DNA of 63,271 nucleotides, the filler included, from Octopus bimaculoides (Eukaryota): assembly GCF_001194135.2 (NCBI RefSeq). It is 5 parts of 4 records of this genome, joined end to end, with 100 filler letters (N's around TTAATTAATTAA, not from the genome) between each part and the next. Parts side by side here need not be neighbours in the genome. Positions count along the whole stretch, not along the records: positions 1 to 17,779 come from NC_068985.1; 4 more parts are not named here. The stretch is one strand, 5' to 3'. The position numbers and the translations under genes were made by a program. The notes below the pieces were generated by a model. It saw only the letters and a program-made list of their open reading frames with translations, did not search any database and was not told the DNA's origin. This document shows positions 1 through 12,199 of the stretch, piece after piece (the first letter of the stretch is position 1; each line of letters opens with the position of its first letter).

Positions 1-40
<40 letters not shown>

Positions 41-199
41 GCTCTGGCATCAGAGGTGGGAAAACCTTTTAAGTATCAGAGATGAAATACAAGTTCATAA
101 CAGCACTGTTCTGAGAAAGACAGTAAATCTTTAATTTTGCAGATTTTTAGGTATTGTGGCTTATATTACATTACTTCTGTGGTTCTTATTTATCTTTTG

Positions 200-400
200 T
201 GTTTTACTTGTTACAGTCATTGGACTGTGGCCATGCTGGGGCACTACTGCCTTGAAGAGATTTTAGTCAAACAGATCAACCCCAGTACTTATTTTGAAGT
301 CTGGTACTTAATTCTAACAATATCTTTTGCTGAACTGCTAGATTACAGTGATGTAAACAAACACTGGTTGCCCAAGAAGAGAGGGCAAACACAAACACAA
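200..400 (+). mobile_element. Dispersed SINE-like repeat (cagtcattggactgtggccatgctgg family)
   Basis: Related copies at about 32320-32500 (+) and 6480-6690, 12680-12880, 13190-13320, 53350-53450 (-). Confidence 0.7.
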
Positions 401-1486
401 AGACTCACAAATTGTACTTTTATTGTGCATTCAGGATGTTACAGAGTTTGGTGGTAAAGCATCACACTCTGTATACCATAATAGATGGACAATGAATCAA
501 TTGTCTATCTCTCTGGATGTGTGTGAGCTGTTGAGGACATGTAATAACATTGTTGGAAGGTTGGATACTCTTTTGTTATGTTCCTGTTGTTACTTGGTGT
601 CTAGATAACCCCTGATTGAATGAACCTATCATCAAAAGTGACCATCTCATTCATTTCTATATCTAGGACAGGCTGGCTGCTATTTCTCATCAGTTGAGCA
701 ACTGTGTGGAGACTCTTTAGTTGGCTTGTGTCCTGTTCTATTTTTGATCAGAATTGGTTAAAGACAACAATAAGAATGGTAGGAACAATGTTGTAATCAT
801 GTTGAAGTTTCCATTCATTATTCTTTTTATAGATGACCACATGTGTTATATTTTTTTCATACATACATGCTTTTGTCCAGTGGTGTACTGAATAGGTGTT
901 AACACTTGGCAGTGCACTATTGTGATTGCTTAGTAAGGTGATGAGGGGGCGTTATGAATGTGTTATCACCAAGACCGCCATCATTTAATGTCTATTTTCC
1001 ATGCTGGCATGGGTTGAACGGTTCAACAAGAGCTGGAGAGCTACCCAAGCTCCAGTTGTCTGTTTTGGCGTGGTTTCTTTGGCTGGATTTCCTTCCTAAT
1101 GCCAACCACTTTACAGTGTGTATTGGGTACTTTTTATGTGGTACTGGCATGGGTGCTGTTTATGTGGTGCTGCTTAAAAATAAACCACTGATGGTGGTGC
1201 CACTTAAATAGCACAATTAGCAATTAGGTTTTGAATTAAGGTGATTCTCTTTCCTTTGAAATTTCTTGTGTTATCTTCTAAAGTATTGGTTAACCCTAAA
1301 AGGGTTATGGTAATGGCTGGAATACCTTTGATAAAGTTTAGCTAATCAAAGTTGATCCTGGGTTAAACAATATTTTCAATAAGGCCAACCAGCACTGATC
1401 TATAAGATTGATCAAGCTGTTAGAAACAGCAACCAATTATCCCTTCAATTACTCCCTGCCATCTCAAAATGGAAAGTCCCATTAGA

Positions 1487-2294
1487 TCATCATCATCATC
1501 ATCATCGTTTAACGTCCACTTTCCATGCTAGCATGGGTTGGACGATTTGACTGAGGACTGGTGAAACCGGATGACAACACCAGGCTCCAATCTAAATTTG
1601 GCAGAGTTTCTACAGCTGGATGCCCTTCCTAACGCCAACCACTCAGAGAGTGTAGTGGGTGCTTTTATGTGTCACCCGCACGAAGGCCAGTCAGGCGGTA
1701 CTGGCAACGGCCACGCTCAAAATGGTGTCTTTTATGTGCCACCCGCACAAGAGCCAGTCCAGGGGCACTGGCAACGATCTCGCTTGAAAATCCTACGAAG
1801 GNNNNNNNNNNTAACGCCAACCACTCAGAGAGTGTAGTGGGTGCTTTTATGTGTCACCCGCACGAAGGCCAGTCAGGCGGTACTGGCAACGGCCACGCTC
1901 AAAATGGTGTCTTTTATGTGCCACCCGCACAAGAGCCAGTCCAGAGGCACTGGCAATGATCTCACTTGACTTGCCGGGTCTTCTCACGCACAGCACATTT
2001 CCAAAGGTCTCGGTCAGTAGTCATCGCCTCGGTGAGGCCCAATGTTCGAAGGTCTTGCCTCACCACCTTAGCCCAGGTCTTCCTGGGCCTACCTCTTCCA
2101 CGGGTTCCCTCAACTGTTAGGGTGTGGCACTTTTTCACGTAGCTATCCTCATCCATTCTCACCACATGTCCATACCAGCGCAATCGTCTCTCTTGCACAC
2201 CACAACTGATGCTTCTTATGTTCAGCTTTTCTCTCAAGTTACTTACACTCTGACGGGTATGCACAGATAATTTTGGATATTCAGTGTCTGACAT
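1487..2294 (-). mobile_element. 5'-truncated RTE-clade LINE: ORF C-terminus, 3' UTR and (GAT)n tail
   Basis: ORF 1962-2294 contains RRLRWYGHVVRM...GTRGRGRPRKTW, typical of RTE C-termini. The UTR ends in gcatggaaagtggacgttaaac(gat)n. Fragments of the same UTR recur at about 978-1170, 7370-7575, 9150-9490 and 14590-14640. Confidence 0.85.
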
Positions 2295-2689
2295 TAAAAA
2301 AAAAATGGAAAACAGGATGAGGCATGGCTTGAAAGCTGTTACTCATTGGTCTGGTCAACTAGGTGAATCTTGTTCTGAAGCTAAACACCATCATCATCAG
2401 CTTTGGTAGAGATTTATGTATTGATGTAAAAATGCCTGTCATCTTTCCAATTGTTTACAATTACATCTGCATTTTCTATCTATCCCATCCATCTATGTAT
2501 TGATAAACCCACCTCTATCATTTGTTTGTTTCTTGCAGCTTTTTAAATTCTATCCTCATGGTATTACTGTCCCTTCCTCCTCCTGGTATATTTATTTGTG
2601 TCACCACACATCTCTATGTTCAACTTTATACCTATTTCTCTGTTCCACCTTACTCATTTGTCTGTCACCCCTTATGTCATTCCTGTCTC

Positions 2690-3170
2690 AAACCTGTCTG
2701 TCTGTCTGTCTGTCACTCTCTTGTCTCAAATCTGCCCGTCTGTCACATCTTTGTCAAAAATCTGCCTGTGTGTCACTGTCTTGTCACAAATCTTCCTGTC
2801 TGACACGCCCTTGTCTCAAATCTGTCTATCTGTGACTCCCTTGTCACAAATCTGTCTGGCTGTGACTCCCTTGTCTCAAATCTGCCTGTCTGTGGCTCCC
2901 TTGTCTTAAATCTGCCTGTCTGTGACTCCCTTGTCTTAAATCTGCCTGTCTGTGACTCCCTTGTCTCAAATCTGCCTGTCTGTGACTTCCTTGTCTCAAA
3001 TCTGTCTGTCACTCTCTTGTCTCAGATCTGCCTCACTTGTTACAAATCTGCCTGTGTGTCACTCACTTGTCTCAAATCAGCTTGTCTTTCACTCCCCTGT
3101 CTCAGATATGCCTGTCTGTCACTCTCTTGTCTCTGTCACTCCTCTGTCTTGAATATGCCTGTCTGTCAGT
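2690..3170. repeat. ~30-bp minisatellite (cttgtctcaaatctgcctgtctgtgactcc)
   Basis: Clear 30-nt periodicity at 2800-3010, degenerating on both sides. It explains the overlapping ORFs here. Confidence 0.9.
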
Positions 3171-4184
3171 TCCCTGTCTCACATCAACCTCTCTGTCACC
3201 TCTTATGCCACATCTGTTTGTCTGATGCTCCTCTACTTCACATGTCTCATTCCCCCCCCCCCCCCGTGTCTTACATCTATCTGTCTGTTGCTCCCCTGTC
3301 TCACATCTTTATCTCACCTCACTTCTCTACTCCTGTCTATCTGTCTTTCCTGCATTTATCTGTCTGTCACCCCTGCCTTACATCTACCTGTCTATTAATT
3401 CCTCTCCCAATCTATCAGAAAACAACAACCACGTCTGTCTAGTCTACTTTATCTGTCTGCTCTTTTGGCATCATCGTCTTTCTATCATATCTCTCTATCC
3501 AGCTTTTTGTTTGTGTTTACAGTATTGACTGTTACTGTTGCCATACATCCGAGAGATCAGCTAATCAGCTCTGTAAGAGGTTGTCATATCAATTATATTC
3601 TCAAACACAGCAACTAGAGGAAAGTAGCAGTAGTTAAAAAATGAAATAAATATGTAAATTNNNNNNNNNNNNNNNNNNNNNNNNNNNNNNNNNNNNNNNN
3701 NNNNNNNNNNNNNNNNNNNNNNNNNNNNNNNNNNNNNNNNNNNNNNNNNNNNNNNNNNNNNNNNNNNNNNNNNNNNNNNNNNNNNNNNNNNNNNNNNNNN
3801 NNNNNNNNNNNNNNNNNNNNNNNNNNNNNNNNNNNNNNNNNNNNNNNNNNNNNNNNNNNNNNNNNNNNNNNNNNNNNNNNNNNNNNNNNNNNNNNNNNNN
3901 NNNNNNNNNNNNNNNNNNNNNNNNNNNNNNNNNNNNNNNNNNNNNNNNNNNNNNNNNNNNNNNNNNNNNNNNNNNNNNNNNNNNNNNNNNNNNNNNNNNN
4001 NNNNNNNNNNNNNNNNNNNNNNNNNNNNNNNNNNNNNNNNNNNNNNNNNNNNNNNNNNNNNNNNNNNNNNNNNNNNNNNNNNNNNNNNNNNNNNNNNNNN
4101 NNNNNNNNNNNNNNNNNNNNNNNNNNNNNNNNNNNNNNNNNNNNNNNNNNNNNNNNNNNNNNNNNNNNNNNNNNNNNNNNNNNN

Positions 4185-4442
4185 TAACCCTATCACCGAT
4201 AGAATTGTTTCAGAATCGTTTGTTTATGTAGTCGGCACTTAATGTATATCGGCTGAATGGACGTCAGTGATTGGTTGAAATTACAGAAATACGACAACTT
4301 TAACATGGAATAACTTTGTCTTCTTTTAAAAAAAAGAAATCCCTAAGAGAAAAAGATGTTTTATATGACACATTCTACCAGTGTTCCAAGTTTCAAAGTG
4401 TTTCGTTAATGAAAAATGTGGCCCCCGTTTTAAAAAAGATCC
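4185..4442. repeat. Unclassified dispersed element with a telomere-like (TAACCC) end, copy 1
   Basis: Near-identical to 29186-29441. It begins at a gap edge with taaccctatcaccgatag. Confidence 0.8.
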
Positions 4443-4821
4443 GTTGATGTTGGTGAGGTGGCAGAATCATAAGCACACTGAACAAAGTGCTTTGCAGTAA
4501 AGCGATTTGTTGTCTTTATATTCTAAGTTCAAATGCCAGTGAGGTCCACTTAGACTTCATCCTTTCAGGGTCAGTCAAACATATACCAGTTGAGCACTGG
4601 GGTCGAAACAATCAACTGGCCCCACCCTCCCTACCAAAATTTCAGACTTTGTACCTATAATAGTATTTGGTTTTTATGTTCTGAGTTCAAATCTTGCCAT
4701 GGTTAACTTTGTCTTTCATCCTTTTGAGGTTGATAAATCAAAGTATCAGTCAAATACTGGGTTTGAAGTAATTGCCTCTCTTCCCTACAAATCACTGGCA
4801 TTGTGCCTAAATTAGAAGCTA

Positions 4822-6106
4822 TTAGCTTGTCAAGAAAGTTCTTGCGATTTTTAACCTTTAAATTCAGATGCACATATCTCGGCTCAAACAAAACTTTATT
4901 AATCAAAATAAACACCATCAGAATCAGCACACCTTTGGCAACGCGAAACAAGTTTATTTATGCCAGTAGTGCAAAAATCCTGCATTCTGGTGGCAATAAA
5001 GTCGTTGAAGGCGCATTTGGCATCGTCTTGGTTTTTGAAGCATTTCTCATGCAGGAAGTTGACCAGATTCTTGAAAAAGTGGTAGTCGGTAGGCGAGAGG
5101 TCTGGTGAGTATGGCGGACAAGGCAGAGTTTTGTAGCCCAGTTCATTCAACTTCTGCAGGGTCAGTTGTGCGACGTGCGGCCAAGCGTTGTCATGGAGAA
5201 GAATTGGTCCTTTTGTATTGACCAATGCTGGCTGTTGTTGTTGGAGTTTCTTATGCATTTCATCCATTTGCTGACGGTACTTCTCCGCCGTAATGGATTC
5301 GCCTGGATCCAAAAAGCTGCAATGGGTAAGACCAGTTGCAGACCACCAAACAGTCACCATGACCTTCTTTTGGTGCAACTTTGGCTTCAGGAAGTGACGT
5401 GGAGCTTCGTCGGTGTCCAACCACTGAACTGAGCATCATCAGTTGCCATAAAGAGTCCACTTTTCATCGCAAGTCACAATCCAGTCGAGAAATGGGTCGT
5501 TCTTGTTGCGTAAAAGAAGGGAAGACGACACTTCAAAATGGCGTTATTTTGGTTGTCATTCAATTCATGCGGCACCCATTTCTCAAGTATTTTTGGTTTT
5601 CCAATCTCTTTTAGGTGGTTGGAAATTGTCGTATACGTTACGTCTAATTTTGAAACAAGCTCTCGAACAGTTGTGAGTGGATTGGCTTCCACTAAGGCTC
5701 TTAGTTGATTGTTGTCAACATCCGATGGCCGACCACTACACTTATCATCTTCAAGACTCTTGTCATCACTATGAAATTTCTTGAACCACCATTGCGCTGT
5801 ATGCTCGTTAGTGGTTCCTGGGCCAAAGGCATCGTTGATATCGTGAGCTGTTTCAGCAGCTTTTCAACCTAGCTTGAACTGGAATAAGAATATTGTGCAA
5901 ATTTGCTTTTTGTCCATGTTGTATTTAATGTTCTTGAAAAAATGGCCTAATTATTCAAAAAGAAAAAGAGTAACACAGTTAGATAGAGCGAAAAACGAGC
6001 TTTAAAATGATATATAAAGTCAAAGTAATTTAACGAAAATTAATTTGAAAATACATCATTTAAAACCAAAATTAAAAGTTCTGCAAGAACTTTCTTGACA
6101 ACCTAA
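4822..6106 (-). mobile_element. Full-length decayed mariner transposon, Hsmar1/SETMAR-like (cecropia-type)
   Basis: TIRs ttagcttgtcaagaaagttcttgc (from 4822) and the inverted copy ending at 6106 (ttaggttgtcaagaaagttcttgc on -), each flanked by TA. Length is 1285 bp, typical of mariners. Confidence 0.93.
4899..5917 (-). pseudogene. Mariner transposase pseudogene (D,D34D)
   Basis: MDKKQICTIFLFQFKLG*KAAETAH...WVPHEL...(frameshift near 5540)...TCDEKW...HDNAWPH...YSPDLSPTDYHFF...GVYFD*. It has in-frame TGA codons, likely from CGA decay, and a frameshift. Confidence 0.9.
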
Positions 6107-6113
6107 TATTATA

Positions 6114-6148
<35 letters not shown>

Positions 6149-6445
6149 CAAGTTTACTTTTATAAACAAATTGTCTTTGGAGGGCCTTATTTCAAATTGA
6201 TAAAGAATAAATGAGAAAATAGAAGAGATGATATCCTGTGAAGGTGCTACATTAGCATGCGATTAGCCATGATGGTTAAAATAAACTAAAGCACTGTAGC
6301 AGGAATAAATGCCTATAAATAGTCTTAAATGCTATATTATGGATTCAAGTACCTTCTGAGATTACAAAGACTTTTCTTTTACATCTGAACTGAAAACCAA
6401 AGCCTTGTGAATGGATTTGGTTGACAGAAACTGAAAGAAGCCCAT

Positions 6446-6477
<32 letters not shown>

Positions 6478-6742
6478 TGTGTGTGTATCTTTTTGTTGTA
6501 TTTGTCCCTCACCACTGCTTGATAGTTGGTGTAGGTTTGTTTACATCCCTGTAACTTAGCAGTTTGGCAAAAGAGATTGGTAGAATAAATACCAGGCATA
6601 AAAAAGTACATTGATTGATTTGTTTGACATAACCCTTCAAAGCAGTGCTCCAGCACAGCTGTAGCCTAGTTACTGAGACAAATAACACACACACGCACGC
6701 ACGCACGCACGCACGCACTCACGCACGCACGCACGCACGCAC

Positions 6743-6812
<70 letters not shown>

Positions 6813-7236
6813 TAATTTTCAAGGCATTCAGACTGACAATGTTTCTAACTTCCTCAACAAGATGTCAGCCCTTTGCAGGGTTAATCTCCAGGGTTTGCAA
6901 ATGCTCTTTTTCAGTGGTGTGTCCTGGGGCAACGTGAGATGAAGTGCTTTGTTCGATATACTACCTTTTCCAAGAATTGAATCTGTGACCTAAAGTCTGT
7001 GAGCCTAACACCCTACCACTATGTCCTGTGCTATTTATTTATATGTTTTTGTGTATACACAAGTGACTGGACAAACAAAGAAAGAGGCACTCAACACATT
7101 GGTTAGGGGTACATATATTGATATTTAATAATAATTTCATTCTGCTCCATGCTTGAGGAGCTCAGTTTGCATGATAACCCTACAAAACTTTAAGTTGTAT
7201 GGATCTGAATCAAATTGTTACTAAACACGCACACAG

Positions 7237-7273
<37 letters not shown>

Positions 7274-8099
7274 CGACGAAATGACAAGGGACTGGGAATT
7301 GTGGTGATTTGCTGTACTTGAGGACATGCAGTAAAATTGTGGTCATCCATACATATGGACATGGCCTTTACAGGTGCCAGTGCCATGTAAAATGCACTCG
7401 TGCTGGTGCTGCATAAACACACCACTGCTGGCAGCACGCAAAAAGCACCCAACACACTCTGTAAAATGGTTGGCATTAGGAAGGTCATCCAGCCATAAAA
7501 ACCTTGCCACAAACTGTCCAACCCATGCCAGCATGGAAAATAGATGTTAAACGCTGCTGCTGCTGATGATGATGATTATCAAAGAAATCATAGATTTAAT
7601 GTAATCCACATATAAGTAATCTAAGAGAACTGATCTGGTAGCTGTGTTAGCATGCTGAAAATTCAAGTCTTTTTGAAAAAATGCTCAAACGACTAATGGT
7701 AATGAAAAGATTAAGTATTAACTTTACACGAGAGAGTGGAAAAAATTGTTTATAGAAAAGTCTTACATTTCAGACTAAATGTTTTTCACTGGGGAAAAGA
7801 AGAAAACATGTAAAATGCGGGATGAGAAGGAGAGAGAGATGGTGATGTGTTTTTACCATACAGGAAAGAGAATAGGAAGTGAAGCAGAGACAAAATTGTA
7901 TTTTTTTTTGTTTTTTTTTTGGGTTGGTAGGTTGAAGTCAGGTGTAATAAGTATGTGGTAAATTGTGTGTGTAAATATGTGGTAATCTGTGTGTATGTGA
8001 TATGTATATGTATTGTATTTTGATGCATATGTAGAATGCACACGGGTACTTGGTGTGCATGTAGATATGCTGAATGTGTATTATATCTTGCGTATGTGT

Positions 8100-9110
8100 G
8101 TTTAGAGAATTGTGTGGATGTAAGTAGATAAAATTTCAAGAGAGTGGTTTAATCCATGTGATGGAATTGTTTTGAGCTGAGAGATAATATGTGAGGAAAG
8201 ACATGTTGTGAAAGGCAAGAGCATAAGTGGAGCAGTGCCAAGGGACATGGTCCACTGAACAGAAGTGACTGGTAATTGATGATGTGATGTTGTCAAGTCT
8301 GACATTTCTAAGATGTTCAGTGAACCTGTTGGCTAATCTCTGATCTATTTGGCTTGCACATGAACAATCTGTATAGTTGGCATTAGATATAGTAAATGAG
8401 ATTGTGGTGGGTGTAGGTGAATGTGATATGGTCTGTGATATGGAAAGAATAGTGTTGAGAAAGGTTGGACAGGTGTAGAAAGAGGAGAAAGGAGCAGATG
8501 AAAGGCTCAGGTTGGGGGTGTAGGGTGGGCAATGAGCTGTGGACCAGTAAGTCATGTAAGTTACAGACATGCTTAAAGGAAGTGAGAGGTGGATTGGGGA
8601 GTCAATTGGAAGAGTCAGAAGGGCCGTTGAATGGTTTTCTAGAAAGCTATATGGATGGAAGGTAGTTAGTCATGGGATAGACTTGAGATGAAAGTGTAGA
8701 TGTGCAGTTGACATCACAGGCATGAATGAATAGGAGTATTGTTGCTCTTTGAAGAGTCAGACCATGAATGGAAACTGGATGGTTAAAGTCATGGCCATGG
8801 CTGCAGAAGAAAGAAATTGAAAGTAGGGTAACTTGGTGTCAGTAGAGTGGGATGAGGTGAATTTAAGGTAAGAGTGGAACACAATGGGTTTGTTTAAGGC
8901 AGAGATAGCAATAAAGCAGTTGGGGTGGAAACCATTGTCTTGAATGGTCACTGAAGTAGTGGAGATTAAAGAAGTGAATCCTAGATTGTGATGTTAAAGG
9001 TGATGAAGGATTTGAAATATTCAAATGTGAGAGAGAGATTGTGCTGATGTAGTTATTGATACTAGACTGTATAGCTCTGGTGTGGGTCCATTAAACTTGG
9101 GAGATGATTT
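8100..9110 (-). mobile_element. Degenerate Penelope-like element (RT plus GIY-YIG remnants)
   Basis: Minus-strand remnants FHSYLKFTSSHSTDTKLPYFQFL (RT) and QRLANRFTEHLRNVRLDNITSSITSHFCSVDH (GIY-YIG region), with many disruptions. Confidence 0.7.
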
Positions 9111-10798
9111 TTGATCTCAGTGAGATCTTCTGGCAAATTGCTGTGCTAGAGAAGACATGTCAAGCTAAGTGAAATCATGATCATGGCCAGTGCTGGTGAC
9201 ATATTAACGGCATTTGTGCTGGTGACGTGTAGAAGGCCTTTCTGCCAGTGACATATAAAGGGTACCTGTGCCAATGATGTGTAAAAAGGCACCTGTGCTA
9301 GTGACATGCAAAAGGTACCATGCTGGTGACACGTATAAAGCACTCAGTACACTTTGTGGAGTGGTTGGTGTTAGGAAGGGCATCCAGCCATAGAAACCAA
9401 GCCAAAACAGCCTGGAGCAGCTCTCCAGCTTACCATCTCCATTCAAATCATCTCATCCATGCCAGCATGGAAAACGAATGTTAAATGATGATGGGACCAA
9501 CAAAAAGGATTGTGTAGTTGAAAACGTTACGGAGGGTGAAGAAGTATTTGTGTTGTTCGAATTGAGAGAGACTGTGCTGATGTAGTTATACTGTCTTGTA
9601 TAGCTTTGGTGTGAGTCCATTGAACTGGAAGATTTTGGATTTCAGTGTGACCAACAATCAAGTTTGTGTAGATGAGACCTATTCTTGTTCTCAGAGTGAG
9701 CTTAATGATCTATTGCTTGAACGTATCAAAAAAGGAGAAGCAGTTGAAGGTTAAGGGTTAGGGTTCCACAGTTTCTTGCTGAACAACCTGCACAGAGGAT
9801 TTGTTTATAGTGGGCCAAATGTTCGTACTGTGCATTATCTCATTCCCTCTGTCACATCAACATTGCTTGCAGAAGTGCATGTTGTGCCACACATCAGATA
9901 TCAGAGTGATTGCAGAGCAATGTGAGATGAAGTACTTTATTTAAGAACAGATTGCACCACCCACCCAGTTCAGGAATTGAAACCACAATCTCGTGATCAT
10001 GAATGCAGCACCCTCACCACTAAGCCAGACACCCTCATAAATAGTGGTAGATTACAGAATCAATAGTGTCTAACTATCTTGTGGTATTTGATTTTATCCA
10101 TTTATAGTCTAAGGTGGCATATATGATTATCTTTGATTATTAAAAAAAATTTTTTTTTTTTTAGTCTGTAATATAGAACACATCTAAAAGAAATTATTTA
10201 TTTTGGGATTAATTTTTAAACTATGTACAGACTATATAAGACAACTATGGTAATCCTGTGTTATTGGAAAACCTAAATGAATGCAATTGACATCAAATAT
10301 TTGCAGCACAGCAGCAAAGCAAAATGATTGAAGCTTTTTCATCAGTTCTACTGCCATCCTATTATATATACATGTGTGTGTGCTTATGCATTTACACAAA
10401 AGCTGCAACTACCCAGCATTTCTTAGATTGATAACTAACTCTAATGATTAAAAAGTTTTCTTTTTTTTTTTCTTTCCTTTCATTCCATGTTTAGCAATTG
10501 ATCTCTCTACCAATCTGAGATTCTTCAATGTTTGATGGTGAAATTGTAGACAAAAACAAACTAAATAGTAAAACTTAAAAACGTTGATTATAATGCTTCT
10601 CTCTAAACAATATTTTCAAGTTAATCTTGTGCCAGGAGTTAATATGTGCCGGTTATTTCCACTGTCTACTGTCATATACAATTGATCGTGATGCAAACAC
10701 TTTAGTCTCAGAGTACAAACTGACTACTTTAAGAGACTGGCTTTGATGTTACTTCACAGACATGGAAAGAAAAAAAAGAAAAAGAAAAACAGGAAACA

Positions 10799-10834
<36 letters not shown>

Positions 10835-11655
10835 CATGAAATTGTAGTCTCTTGGAATGAGATTTGTTGGATGTCTGCTCTACACTCATTTTCAGAGCCA
10901 TTGCTGTTGCTTCTGCTCCTATGACATGATTCCTATTCTTTTGGGGAAAACCATATTTATTTGTTTGTTTATTTATTTATTGTCTCCTAATGTCACTGGC
11001 AGCATTATTTTCTGTCTGTCTGTGTTTGACTTTCAGGAAGTTAAAAGTTATTCTTCACTTCAGTCTGGGCATTGTTTGGTTTTTCTTTCTCTTTCTTTTT
11101 TTTTTTCTTCTTTTTTTTTTTTCTTTCTAATCATGTAGTTTGGAAGGGAAGAATGGTGTCCATGACTCTCTGCAAGGCTTCTGAGGCTGGCAGAAGCAAG
11201 GAAAGAAATTGCCCTAAAACCAAAGTCATGGCCCCAAAATCTTGCAGTAGAGTCAACTCACATTTAAGGTACCCAAGGTTAAACCTAGCAACAGATTATG
11301 TCTACATTCATATAAGCCCTGGCAGGATCGGAACCCAGAATGCAAATTGATGGAACAAATACCACATGGCATCAAGTCTCGTGTTCTTGTAGTTCTGTTA
11401 ATCTATTGTCTTGGATTGGTTTATTTTTATTGACTGCAAAAGAGGAAAGGCGAAGTTGACTTCAGAAGGATTTGGACCCAGAACATTGTCAGAACAAATA
11501 CCATGAGGCTTAATATTTGATGATCATAATGACTCTCCTAACTCACTGTTGGCTGTGTACAATATGTTGCTGTCAGGACTTAATAGAAAAATAGGGGGCA
11601 AAAAAAAAAAGAAAAAAGAAATCTTATATTTATTACCAAACTCTAAACTCACTGG

Positions 11656-11707
<52 letters not shown>

Positions 11708-11928
11708 TATAAAAAGATGAGTTCTTAACTTTTGTATACGATTGCCAAATTCCATCACTAAGGTAAACATAGCTGACGTAATCCATCACTACGGCCAACT
11801 CAATAACAGAAAGCGCAACTCGAAAGTAACTTATTTATTGGTCCTTTGAACAATGACAATATTTCGACATCTCGTGTGTCTTCAATTGGTCTGGTTCAAA
11901 ATAAAATAAATGTCAGTCTAATTCATTT

Positions 11929-12199
11929 TTAGTTTATAGAGAGGACTGATAAACTCAGCAGAAATGTAATATATAGAAAGATGAGTTCTTAACTTTTGTA
12001 TACGATTGCCAAATTCCATCACTAAGGTAAACATAACAGAAAGCGCTGCACTTTCTGTTACTGAGTTGGCCGTAGTGATGTATTACGTCAGCTATGTTTA
12101 CCTTGGTGATGGAATTTGGCAATCGTATACAAAAGTTAAGAACTCATCTTTCTATATATTACATTTCTGCTGAGTTTATCAGTCCTCTCTATAAACTAA
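11929..12199. repeat. ~270-bp foldback palindrome preceded by a direct copy of one arm (11711-11816)
   Basis: tagtttatagagaggactgataaactcagc... is the reverse complement of ...gctgagtttatcagtcctctctataaacta. The centre is aacagaaag-cgctgca-ctttctgtt. Confidence 0.92.

Noticed and set aside
143-240. Hydrophobic frame FLGIVAYITLLLW...VIGLW resembling tetraspanin TM1
   Set aside because: The VIGLW part comes from a SINE-like repeat and the rest does not align or end in a suitable donor.
1551-1570. CTGAGGA-ctggt-GAAAC hammerhead-like motif
   Set aside because: Only 5 nt lie between the core halves, so stem II cannot form. It is part of the RTE 3' UTR.
1631-1957. Exact ~150-bp tandem duplication
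   Set aside because: The copies flank a 10-N gap, typical of an unmerged contig overlap. It is probably an assembly artefact.
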